Source of the DNA: Schizosaccharomyces osmophilus
Taxonomy: Eukaryota
Direction of reading: 5' to 3'
Length of the DNA: 64,000 bases
Assembly: GCF_027921745.1 (NCBI RefSeq)
Contig: NC_079239.1
Span: 496,001-560,000, forward strand
Shown here: piece by piece, positions 36,247 to 47,653 of the stretch
Layout: each line of letters starts with the position of its first letter
Position numbering within the stretch: the stretch's first letter is position 1
Notes under the pieces: model-generated
Told to the model about the DNA's origin: nothing
What the model saw: the letters and a program-made list of their open reading frames with translations, nothing else
Databases searched by the model: none
Made by a program: the position numbers and the translations under genes

Positions 36247-37214
36247 ATGTCTGAATCTCGACAAGAGTTGTTGGCATGGCTCAACGAAGTAAGTGTAGAA
36301 TGTAAAAATTCAAAATAAGAGTTTCTAACATATTTGTTTCGTAGGTCACAAAACTTGGTCTTTCAAGGATTGAGGATTGTGGAAAAGGCTACACTATGCT
36401 TGTAATTATTGATTCTATTTATCAAGATGTCCCTTTAAAAAAGGTCAACTTTGATTGCAATAATGATTATCAGTACATAAACAACTGGAAAGTTCTTCAA
36501 CAAGTATTTTTAAGGAAAGGAATTGATAAAGTGGTCGACCCAGAACGTCTTTCGCGCTGTAAAATGCAAGATAATTTAGAGTTTGTTCAATGGGCAAAGC
36601 GTTTTTGGGACCAATATTACCCTGGTGGTGATTATGATGCTTTGGCTCGTCGTGGTGGACGCGGCCTGGTACAACATGGTGCGTCTCCTAATGCTCCTAG
36701 AAGAAGACAAGTCTCATCTGGAAGTACTGTAAATCCAGCCCCTCGCTCTAGCTTAAATGCAACAAATGCTCCCAACAACAACACCGCCGCTGTACTTCGT
36801 GCCAAGCAAGCACAACAACAGATCACCAACTTGGAGGGCCAACTTACAGAGGCCAATGAAACCATGTTTGCATTAGAGCGCGAAAGGGACTTTTATTTCA
36901 ATAAATTACGCGAAGTAGAAATCCTAGTCCAAACACATCTGAGTGCAGAGCCAATGTCACATGAAACTATGCTGGAAAGAATACAAGCAATTTTATATTC
37001 TACTGAAGATGGTTTCGAGCTTCCTCCGGAAACTGAGAGACCGATGGATGCATATCCACTTGTTGACCATAACATGAGCAACGTCGTTGATGAACCTCAT
37101 ATGGACGAAGCCAAGCCTGTCGACATGCCTTCGAATCCCGGTGCTCCTGACTTTGTTCGCGCTCGTTTACAAAGTCTGGAAGTCGACGATGATGATGAAA
37201 ATCTTACTTTTTAG
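36247..37214 (+). CDS. mal3: EB1-family microtubule plus-end protein Mal3 (exons 36247-36288, 36345-37214)
   Basis: MSESRQELLAWLNE exon, GTAAGT..CTAAC..TAG intron, CH domain QDNLEFVQWAKRFW, EBH motif ERERDFYFNKLREVE. Confidence 0.97.
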
Positions 37215-37657
37215 GTGATTTTATATTTCGCTCTTTCAGTTATTTCCTTAACCTATTTAGATATCTTTCTTACTCATTCTCCTTGTCTTTCTTCCGTTTT
37301 GTTTCAAAAAACACTTATCTTTTAGTATCGATCGTTGTTTAAATATGTGATGTTTTCTAATTTATCATCGTCTTTTATGGGCTTTATTTCTTCATGTTTG
37401 CAAAATATTAATAAAACCTATGGTTGTCCTTCTTTGAGAAACTGTTATTGCCATATACCCCATCGCCTGAATTTTCTTGCCAAGACTCATTTATCTTTTA
37501 TAATCTGTTTTTTTCTTATCACATTTAAATACGAAAACTAATTTGCTGATTTTTCGAAAGCATTTACTTACGAGATATCACGATTTGCTCAAAAATTATC
37601 CTCTTTGCAAATACGTAAACAAGTAGAAATAACGGTTATAGACATTCAATCAATTTG

Positions 37658-37695
<38 letters not shown>
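37658..37695. repeat. T12-A26 homopolymer junction
   Basis: 12 T directly followed by 26 A in the AT-rich mal3-pof14 spacer. Confidence 0.9.
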
Positions 37696-37697
<2 letters not shown>

Positions 37698-37961
37698 AAC
37701 AGATCATGGTTGCACAAACATTTGGAAAGGATTTAAAAAAAATTTAAACAATTCTTTTTTTTTTCTTTTGTTAAAAATGAGACAACGCTGGAAAACTATG
37801 TGTTAATCATCTTAATTTGTGGTTGGTCTTGCTTAGTACGTATCCTATCCAAATATCTAGCTACCTTTACTGTAGATCACAATCCAGAATTTTATTTCAA
37901 TGATTTAAGCTAATTTCGAAAAAATAAGAAAGAAAACACTTGCTGGGAATTTACTTTCCAA

Positions 37962-39245
37962 ATGTTGGAAGAAGTGAAGCAGCATCTTGATCGCGATGAT
38001 AAGTTCATAAAAACTCTAACAGGTATAAGGAAAAGACTACGAAGTCAGTACTTAAATCCTCAAACCCTAGAGGAATTCATTCATGCATTGGCCCATGTTC
38101 GAGCTATGAAACGACTAAACTCGTTTTGTTCTAACTTGGAAGGAGAATATACATCACAATCAGACCAAATAACTCAACCAGCGCAGGCAGCATCATGTCC
38201 CCTTGCAAATTATACAGATGCGTCTCAATTGATGAATTCATCGTTCACTCAAGGAAATATGCTGGAGTTGATTAATGACTACGCCGAGTATTCCACGCAA
38301 TCAATTCTTATGAGATCCAGAAATTCGTGTGCCACAGTTTCAAGCGAATCAATTACACCAAAAAAGAAAACAATAGGTATTCTAGACTGCCCAGATGAAA
38401 TTCTTATATTGATATTTATAAAGTGCTTTAATGCTACATACAAAGAAAGCTTTCCATTCGCTTTTACCTATCGAAGGGAAAAACACACTATACTTGATGA
38501 TGTGCCATATACTTGTACCCGCTTTCGTAAAATCCTAAGTCCTACGAATGATGGGTTTTGGAGACGCGCCTTAGATTTACACAAACATTCTGTGACTTCG
38601 TCAACTCATACTCTTTCATCTCCTAAAGTTCAAATACCAAATGTTCTTCCTGTTTTGTTGGATCCAAGTATCCAAACATATTCAAATAGCTCACCTTCAT
38701 CCAGCTTGGTTTCGTCACCCTCGCCAATTCATACACAAAATAGCCTTCCTTTGGAAAGCCCTAGTGGAGAATCTTCTTATATTGAATTTGCTTGCAGCGT
38801 TGTTGGTCGTTGTAGTGTTTGCAGATTGCTTCCTAAGCGTACGAGAGGTCGAGAATGCATAAGGTCGTTTTACAGAGCGTCCATTGCAACTAATGTTTGT
38901 GATCAATGCTTAGAGGCAATCATAGACTTTTATGAACCAGTAAGTCGGTATAATTTTAATGTGATGATATACCAAATTGGTGTTGGTTATATTTCTAGAC
39001 CAGGCCAACGATATCCTTCTTGGCTTTCAGAACATGTCCAGTTTGCCAGAGACGAAGAGAGAGCATATAAATACATTTCTTCCTCGCAGATCGAATTTGC
39101 GAGTAGGTTGTATAAGCTATTTCAGTCTCAATGTTGAGATTGTATTATTATTGAGAATATAGTCGTCAGCAGCAATCTCGCAAAAAATTCTCCAGAAGAA
39201 AGAATCAGAATACCTAACTATCATAATTACTTTAATGAACATTAA
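37962..39245 (+). CDS. pof14: F-box protein Pof14 (possible intron 39103-39162; ends at 39137 if unspliced)
   Basis: F-box ILDCPDEILILIF...VPYTCTRFR; synteny. A GTAGGT...TAG intron would give an in-frame last exon IVSSNLAKNSPEERIRIPNYHNYFNEH. Confidence 0.82.
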
Positions 39246-39754
39246 TGAACGAATAATAAAGATAAAATTACTATGAGAAATGACCAAAACCCTTTTGTCA
39301 ATATTAATACAAGTACCGTAACCAACGATGAAGTTAAAAATATAATATCCTGTATAGGTGAATCGGAAAAGGAAGAATGTGGTAAGAGGATACGGCAAGT
39401 AAGAAGTCTACCGATCATGAGCTTTATACCCGATTAATAGAGCTTTTCTTTTTAAGAAAAGCAAACATTGAAAAAGGATGCACCTTCGTCCCTTAAAAAA
39501 GTTTCGCAATGACCATATCATTTAGGACAACACATTACAAGTTAGAGGTTGCGAGTAGCATAAAAATCAAAGCCCTTCTAAAATTATTTTGGGCAAAAGA
39601 TGGGACTTATCATTTGGATGGTGTGGATAGTAAAAACATTCAAGAAAAGGAAGCCCCAATTATTTTTTCTATACGAATAGTCTCGAAAGAAGTAATAGAT
39701 AAGTATTTACTAGAGCACATCCTAGGTCAACGGCGTCGATGAAGGACCATTCAT

Positions 39755-40282
39755 TTAAGCCTCAACGGAAGGAATAGTACAGTTGATAGCAATATGGCCA
39801 GGTTGGTTGCACTTGTAGCATAACTGACCATCAGTGGATTGTTGGCATTCAAAGCTACGGTGACCAATTTTACCACAAGAGTAGCACTTGACACCCATGG
39901 TACAGTCACGGGCTTGGTGACCAACGGAACCACAAGCGTAGCAGTTCATGGGACGGGCGCCAACACGACCATTGGTACGGCAGTCTCTAGCGATGTGACC
40001 AACACGTCCACATTTGTAGCATTCAGCACCTTGACGGGGAGTAGGGTTGGGATTGGGGTTGGATGGGCATTCACGAACGAGATGGCCACCGGTGCCACAA
40101 GCGTAACAGGTTTTCTCTTGCTGGGGTTCAGTGCAATCACTGGCCTTGTGTCCGGTTTGATTGCAGTTGTAGCAGATGGCACCCTTCGTGCAATCACGAG
40201 CTTGATGTCCGTTTTCACCGCAATTGTAACAGCGGAATCCAGCACGGGGATAAGAAGGGGCGGCTTGCGACTCCATTTCCAT
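39755..40282 (-). CDS. byr3: CCHC zinc-knuckle RNA-binding protein Byr3 (CNBP/Gis2 ortholog)
   Basis: Seven CX2CX4HX4C knuckles. Confidence 0.96.
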   Translation of the reverse strand: MEMESQAAPSYPRAGFRCYNCGENGHQARDCTKGAICYNCNQTGHKASDCTEPQQEKTCYACGTGGHLVRECPSNPNPNPTPRQGAECYKCGRVGHIARDCRTNGRVGARPMNCYACGSVGHQARDCTMGVKCYSCGKIGHRSFECQQSTDGQLCYKCNQPGHIAINCTIPSVEA

Positions 40283-40359
40283 TTTTTTCTATGTTCGGGG
40301 TTGTATTATAACTTTGGGTATTTTCTCGTAAAAATTTGCCCGTAAAAAATATACATCCT

Positions 40360-40367
40360 TGTGACTG
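40360..40367 (-). promoter_or_regulatory. Homol D box of byr3
   Basis: Exact CAGTCACA on the minus strand ~78 nt upstream of the ATG. Confidence 0.7.
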
Positions 40368-40656
40368 TTCTTACGAAGCAACATGGTACCTGAAAAGGGT
40401 AACAATGCGGCGAGTTTCATAAATAAATAAACAAAAGAACCCGAGAGATTGGCTTTTCTTCTGATTTCGGAAATAACAAAAAACCTTTTATGTGATTCTT
40501 TTCGATTAATCACACTTGATAGCAAGTTGCAGTACAAACTGGTTTTCGCCTAGCGGTTCTCGCAAGCAATATGACTATTGCCGTTTAGTTAACCGTAATT
40601 TTCAAGAATTTAATTGTGCAGTGATTGGCATCGGGTACAGTGAATACAAAAAGACT

Positions 40657-40727
40657 TGCTTCGGCCGGGAATCGAACCCGGGTCGCTTCGATGGCAACGA
40701 AGCATTATACCACTAAACCACCAAAGC
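40657..40727 (-). tRNA. tRNA-Gly(GCC), copy 1
   Basis: GCTTTGG...CCGAAGC-A acceptor stem, anticodon arm CTTCG-TTGCCAT-CGAAG, GGTTCGATTCC B box, downstream T5. Confidence 0.98.
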
Positions 40728-42263
40728 AATTATAGATTGAACTCTTTATAGGATAGCAAATAAAGATCGTGATAGCATTCTACTTTAGCAGAGTTTATTT
40801 GCAATAAAACTGAAGTTTACAAGCTTTTGTGGTCGTAACAGGACTTCTGGGTTCCGGAAGAGAACAAAGATAAAGTATCCCGCATTCCTTCTAAGTCGTT
40901 TGTTATTTTTCAAAGACTCTTTTGGGCATGGTGATAGAAAAGCAATTTTTAGCATGTGAATGCCATTCAACTGTTAAGAATGCTGAAGTTTTGGCAGCTA
41001 TAAATCCATAAAAAGTGCTTCGGTTCCAAGGGGGATATCTTTTGTCGATTGAAGGTGTAAACATACTCGAAAATATAGAATGCTGTTAGTCTCTTTAATA
41101 CTCAAATCTCATGGAACTGCTGTTCAAAAAAAGCTATGACTTTTCTCTGGAAAAAAGTTTTCTAAATTTCTAAAAACAAATGAAAGGTTCGATAAATTTC
41201 CGACGTAATTATACGGTAACATTTTCATTGTTGATTCCTTTGCAGACGGAAAAGAATTAGAAAGTGTGCTGTTACTTTAGATATACATGTTCAGTTATGA
41301 CTTTCCTTTTCTCCAACATATGTAATACAAATTGCTATTCGAACAGTGCAGCAGTTACTATTAACTAGCATAATAAGCTTCCGAGGTTTTCGTTTAACAT
41401 CGTCAATGATGCTTTTTTTCGAGATTTTAATAAAGTCATTTCTGTTTTTCAGCCGAACGCACCGGTCAACACTTTATACCTATCAATGAAGAGCGAACTG
41501 TTTACTGCCACTTCAATACTTTCCACGGTTTCCGTTTCATTTCTATCTGGTTTGCTGAGTGTGTTTATCGTTACTTGCTGAGGAACATTTTACAAGACAG
41601 TAAACTGAGTAAACAATTCCACGGGAAGATACTTGATGCATGAAATTTTGATCGAGAAAACACGAAAAGGTAATTAAAGATATAAAATACTGGGACCTCT
41701 TCATTGTTTTCAATCAGACTAATAGGACCTCGTTCTTGTACGGCAAGGGATGATTCAGCTCAAACTTGACCATAACCATGAGTACAATACTTTATACTGA
41801 CTCGTAAAACCTGTTTTGTGGCTTTTGAAAAATTATGTTTCCATCTCTGAAGACGAACCATACTGTAGCATCCGTTTCTTTTTTGGTACCCAATATCTAG
41901 AGCTGTGATCGAAAAGAAAAAATCTTATTATCCTTGAAGAGATAAGAAAAGTTCATTTGTTAGCTATATTGATTCCTGAAAACTAACGCAGTTCTATTCC
42001 TTTATCCATCAACTCGTAATAGTGTGATCAGCGGCTTAATTTAAGAAACTGTTTCATTACAAACTGTCTCTCTACTTACTTCCTCAACCTATACTCGCAA
42101 AAAAAAACCTTCCCTATGATTGCCTAATAAATGGTCATCTTTCAAATGAACCTTCATGTTTATTTCTAGGTATATATACCTAGAAAGGTTTTTACAACTT
42201 GATATCCTCATTTCCAGGAAATATTACTCTTATATATGTCTTAAAACAATCGTTTAGTATGCT

Positions 42264-42334
42264 GCTTTGGTGGTTTAGTGGTATAATGCTTCGTTGCCAT
42301 CGAAGCGACCCGGGTTCGATTCCCGGCCGAAGCA
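42264..42334 (+). tRNA. tRNA-Gly(GCC), copy 2
   Basis: 71-nt sequence identical to copy 1; downstream T5. Confidence 0.98.
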
Positions 42335-42902
42335 ATGTTTCTTTTTCTTGTTTATGATATATTTTGAGCGTATATATAATCGACAAAAGGGTGTTGTTTC
42401 TTCTATTTTTTTATTTGTTTACTACTGTAGTCGAACGAAGTACGTTCATAAACAATAGTAAATAAAAGCTTTAGGAATACAGCTTTAGTTCATGTTCCTA
42501 CGTAGAATTGGATTTACCATGCTATTATTTGTAAGTCTCTTATCAATATATAAAAAAAAAAACTTCTGGTGTACGTTATATGTCGCGGGGACTTACGATA
42601 TGTAGCAGCATTCATAAAGGAACAGTGAATGACAATGTTTCTCCCTTTTCCGGTATTGCACAGTTTATTACAAATCTGAAAGAAGCGCATCAAAGTATAT
42701 ATACTCTATTTTCGGATGAATACAATACTGCTCAAATTGGAATGCGAAAATCATACGTAGACGATAAAAACATGCTGAACCAAAAAATTACAAGAGAATT
42801 AAGAGATTAAACACAGGAAGACTTTGTTTACTGGGTTTCCTACAAACGCACTATTTGCTTTCATATATGCATGCAATAGACTTTAAAATTATAAAAACTT
42901 TT

Positions 42903-42973
42903 TGCTTCGGCCGGGAATCGAACCCGGGTCGCTTCGATGGCAACGAAGCATTATACCACTAAACCACCAAAGC
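42903..42973 (-). tRNA. tRNA-Gly(GCC), copy 3
   Basis: 71-nt sequence identical to copies 1 and 2; downstream T5. Confidence 0.98.
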
Positions 42974-43332
42974 AGTTCGCTGTCAAATGATAATAAAGTG
43001 TTATTAAAGATAATAAAGAAATATAAATTAATTTTAAATTTGAAAGAATGAATATCGATAAAGGAGAACTATTATTGTTCATTTATACTCTGAAAAATTT
43101 ACGAAATGCACCCTTATGTGTTCTTACATATGTGTTTACAAATGACTGTAAACACAAGCTTACGATCGAAGCTTATCATGAAAAGCGGTAATGAGCGAAA
43201 GTAGAGAAATGCAAGATATTTATTCAACTTAAATTTGCTTTCCATCTGCGGGAAAATACTTCAAGTAAATATGTTCTGTTTTATTTTTTTTCGAAATATA
43301 CCATGTCCATTTTTCAATAACCAAACGAACTC

Positions 43333-44083
43333 CTAAAGCTTTTCGACAATTGCCCACCAATTATCGCGATCATAACCATCTTCTACGAGCTTTCCTCCAG
43401 CTTTTTGCACGAGCTCACTAAGCTCTCCTTTTTTAAACAAATGATAGTATCGTTGATATGCAACATTTTCGTCTGGATGGTGTCCCTTTAGCTCTCCTGG
43501 TTTTGCAGTAGGATACTCGTACTGCCGTTTTAAAACCCAAGGAACATGGACATCTTGAGGTCCATTTTCAGAAAATCCACGACGAGAATTCCTTTGTTCG
43601 AGCGCCCAAACAAAGAATAATGCTTTCCCTCCTTTACGAATCACCCTCAAAACTTCTTGAACAGCCTGCAGACGCCGTTCTTCGTTGCTGAAATGATGAA
43701 TGACCGCAATGCTCAATGCAAAGTCAGTTCGATCTGCTGGATGAGGAACATGTAAGCCATCTGCCACAATCATAGGTCCCAATTGGCTCCCAATTTGAAC
43801 CAATTTTTCACAACGATCGCTTCCTATCAAAAAAATGTTCGGATTCACCTTTTGATACTTCCCATTTCCACATCCAATGTCCAAACCGACAGCGCCTACA
43901 GGTAAAGAATTTAAGAAACGCTCTACAACTGGCCAAGGCTTTTCTTTGTTAACGAATTTAAGCTATACCTTTCTTTGCATATTTACTTACCTTGTAGCGA
44001 GTGTCTGAAAAGTGAGTAGCGATTTTGTCATACACTTTGTGAACATGCTCATTTTCGTAGTCTAAATCGGGTTTTTCGTTCAT
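43333..44083 (-). CDS. trm9: tRNA wobble-uridine methyltransferase Trm9 (exons 44083-43991, 43938-43333)
   Basis: HVHKVYDKIATHFSDTRYK|PWPVVE across a GTAAGT..TTAAC..AAG intron; DIGCGNGKY SAM motif; RYYHLF and DRDNW. Confidence 0.95.
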
Positions 44084-44447
44084 AGTCGATTAGATTTTTA
44101 TGCAATAATACCGCCCACTCCTTGTACTGAAGTATGCTTGAATATTTGGAAAAGTCAAGTTTTCGTTCGTTGCTGACTTTTGGTAGCTTTATTGAAATAT
44201 GGATGTCGCATTTCTATCATAAAATGAAATTGGATATTTAGAAAAAAATACATTTACCAACTTTATATATTTAATTTTCGGATCTGAAATGTTCACAGAA
44301 CTCAAGCACATACATATACGATCAAATCAGATTAACTATCAAAAACCACAATGTATTTCAAAATTACTTACTCCATTCTATCATAACTTTTACGAAAAGC
44401 TTTATATAGCCAAGACATCAACATAAATAAACGAAATTCCTGAATGC

Positions 44448-46177
44448 TCAAGCCCCTAAATTGAGCTTCATCAACAAATCTTCAATCATATCCATCCTTT
44501 GATTATAATCTTTTTCATATGGTGTCAACGTATCCACATAACCATCCACGCACAAATCTTCGTGATAAATACCATAGCGTTTTGACAGGAAATAGCGAAT
44601 ATCATCAATAAGTTCAATGGTATCAGTTTCCTGACGATGAAGAATACGATCGGCACTTTCGTTGACAAGTTCATGAAACTCTGGATCATCAATAATTTTT
44701 TCCAAATGATTAGCCATGTATTCTGAAGCATATTGCTCCAATCTTATAGTTGAGGTATCCCATGCTGTTCGCAGTATATCGTAAATACTATCTTTTGGTT
44801 CTTTTTGTTTAGTAATGGCAATAGAAGCCAAAGACTTCAAACTTCGCTCTTTATCGAGTGAAAGCATGTCTGCAACATAAATGACGTCCAAAGCAAGAAA
44901 GGCTGGGATATCGGCTTTGTCTGAATATAAAAATTCAAGAACGATTTCAACAATATCGCTTGAAAATGGGAGGGAAACAGTTGGTAAACTTTGTTTACCT
45001 TCTAAAAAAGGACCCGTGAACATATCCATAAAATACTCAGACCTACATAGAATTGCGCGATGAACGGGATAGCGATGTGTTTCTGACTGTAAATAAGCGT
45101 CATGAAAAGCGCACTGACGCGACAAGTTTTCTGTAGGTTCCGATAGCTTTTGCTTGTAGTTTTGAATTACTTCTCTCATAAAACGGCCCATATCATTCTG
45201 CGTCTGTACTAATTGGCTCTTTCTCCAATCTGGTGAACGCATTTGTTCTGGATTGTTTTCAAAACAATCGACAAAGTCCATCAAGGAAAATTTTTTGGCA
45301 ATCGAAACCAATGCTGTTGCATCTTGCTTGGCAAACAAAGGATGATAATCCAAGTACAAAAACCGCAAAACAGTCTCCAATTCTTTTTCATTTTTCTTAA
45401 TAGGAACCTCTCCCTCGTCGCTCAATTTCAAGAATTTCCCTTTAAAATAAGGACTTCTCGAGGCTAAATAAAACTTATGTCCAGGTAAAGATATACTGTT
45501 ACCAGTAAAAGTAACGTCAGAGGTGAAATGAAAAGTGGAGTTGGAGAGCAAAGAGGTAATATGACTAGCATATGGTTGAGACTCATCTACTGACTTTGTG
45601 ATGTTGTAAGACAACAGCATCTTACGGATGCGATCATTCAATGCACCATAAAGACAACGCTCTCCTTGAAAGGTATCGCGCTCGCAGATTGCACCATTCT
45701 CTAATAAATATTTCACAACTGCCAGTTAGTTTTTGTTTAAAAAAAAATCAACCATCGTCTTTGATAGCTACATACCCTCTTCATGACCACACAAACTTGC
45801 AAGAACGAGTGGTGAGTAGTCAAAGATATCAACTTGATTAATTGGGACATTGTAGTTTTCAATCATACTAAAGGTATCGTCAGCATATGTTTATAAAGAT
45901 AATAAAAGCCAAATTGGCCATCTGCTTTTGAAGAATTCATCTTTAGATTTCATTCAACATACCTTCGAACAACTTCTAAATCTCCTCGGCGGCAAGCCTC
46001 GCACAATTCTCGAAATTCTTCACTTTCATTGATGGAGAATAAACCTGAATCTGTTGAATTTTTTTCATCCATAGCTTTTGACCAAAGAGCAAATTTGTTG
46101 AAGCCTTTCGGTGCAGATGCACCTTCTGATGCTTGCTCAGAAGCATCCATTTCTGTAGAAGGACGTTCAGCAGCCAT
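44448..46177 (-). CDS. btb3: Ankyrin + BTB/POZ Cul3 substrate adaptor Btb3 (exons 46177-45963, 45867-45776, 45718-44448)
   Basis: LCEACRRGDLEVV ankyrin, GERCLYGAL, two BTB segments (HKFYLASRSPYF, HRAILCRSEYF); two GTATGT introns with CTGAC/CTAAC branch sites restore the frame. Confidence 0.92.
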
Positions 46178-46534
46178 TCTATTCCTTTTAAGCTCACAGA
46201 TACGAAATAAGATGAAACAAGAGATGTTTGTTTTCTTCCGATAATGTTTAGAAGACACAATTGATGAAATAAAATAAAATTCGTCAAGCAAGCAAAGTTC
46301 TCCAAAAGTTGGGTATACTATAACCTAAACGATACCTTTGAATTAATAATTTATATTTCTAACCCATGAAGAAAATTTCTGAAGCTTTATACAACCGACA
46401 CCTGAAGTTCGATATTGTGAGCTGTTTCGTTGGAGTTTCATTTCGTCCGTTGTTAAACCCTGTACATATCCTGACCAGGTATTTTGGGTCAAGTAAGAAA
46501 CTACATCTGAAAATCAGACAATCTATAAGAAGAA

Positions 46535-47239
46535 ATGAATGATATTTATGTAAATGTACGTTCCTCTGGGATAAGGTCCGATCGAAAAATCAACCGCCAA
46601 TGGACCTTGAGTCAATTAAAGACAAAGCTGGTTCCTATTATAGGGATTCCAGAGGTATATCAAAAAGTGAAATATGAGCCTGCTTCTGCTGCTTCTCAAA
46701 CACATACGTTTTCAAGCGAAGAAGAAAATAGCATGTTGTCTCTTCATAATATTGAAGAGCTAAGTACGATTATAATCGAAGACACACGCCCTCCTCATAT
46801 GAGGCCCAACTATGAGGATCTTTCTGAGGTAGAAAAGTATGAAATGTCTCAAGAAGAGTACGAGCGTCGCGATGATTCTGTCTTGGCATGGAAGAAGCGC
46901 AATCATCTTGGTCGGTTTAATCCAACCCACGAGGAATCAGTCAACTCAAAGCAAGAGTCACTAGAGAGAGAACTAAAGGATTTACAGGTAAACATTAACT
47001 CTCGCTGCTGTGCCAGTGGCGAACGTTACGGCACAATCCGTTACATTGGGTTCGTCCCTGAAATTTCCAAGAATTCACTGTGGATAGGTGTCGAATTTGA
47101 CGAGCCTGTGGGAAAAAATGATGGTACTGTTCAAGGGCAACGTTATTTTACGACGAGAAATAAGCATGGGTCCTTTTTGAAACCTACAGACGTAGAGGTT
47201 GGTGACTTTCCTGAAGAAGATATTCTAGCAGATCTATAA
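46535..47239 (+). CDS. alp11: Tubulin folding cofactor B Alp11
   Basis: N-terminal Ubl, YERRDDSVLAWK, CAP-Gly WIGVEFDEPVGKNDG. Confidence 0.95.
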   Translation: MNDIYVNVRSSGIRSDRKINRQWTLSQLKTKLVPIIGIPEVYQKVKYEPASAASQTHTFSSEEENSMLSLHNIEELSTIIIEDTRPPHMRPNYEDLSEVEKYEMSQEEYERRDDSVLAWKKRNHLGRFNPTHEESVNSKQESLERELKDLQVNINSRCCASGERYGTIRYIGFVPEISKNSLWIGVEFDEPVGKNDGTVQGQRYFTTRNKHGSFLKPTDVEVGDFPEEDILADL

Positions 47240-47653
47240 TAGAAACTTTGGAGTTGGCATAATAATTTACTAGATATTGAACGAATTTCATGATGAAATA
47301 AAACATTATTAAGGCAATCATATCAATGCCCCTACTATTCCACTCCAAGACCAATTCCCAGTAAGTTATTTTAAAATTTGAAAACTTGTTTCCGTAATCT
47401 TTTTATGTATTTATTAGTTAACTAGGTAAAATAGTATACGAATGTCAAAAGTTTATCTATCCAAAGTTTTATAATTCCTGTAGGAAACTTACTTCTAGCA
47501 TGCACATGTTGCTAGGATCCTTAAATTTGATATTTCTCTTTTAATGCTTATATTTTGGCTATCCACTTCATTTTTAATATAAGTTTAAACTTTTCAGATC
47601 CATCAGACTACTGAATACTTCTCATTCTATTTCTCCAAGCATTCTCGTGCAAA

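Noticed and set aside
39839..40345. 168-aa plus-strand ORF
   Set aside because: Antisense shadow of byr3.
42580..42810. 76-aa ORF as a stand-alone single-exon gene
   Set aside because: Its ATG lies inside a plausible intron and no homology was recognised; kept only as a finding.
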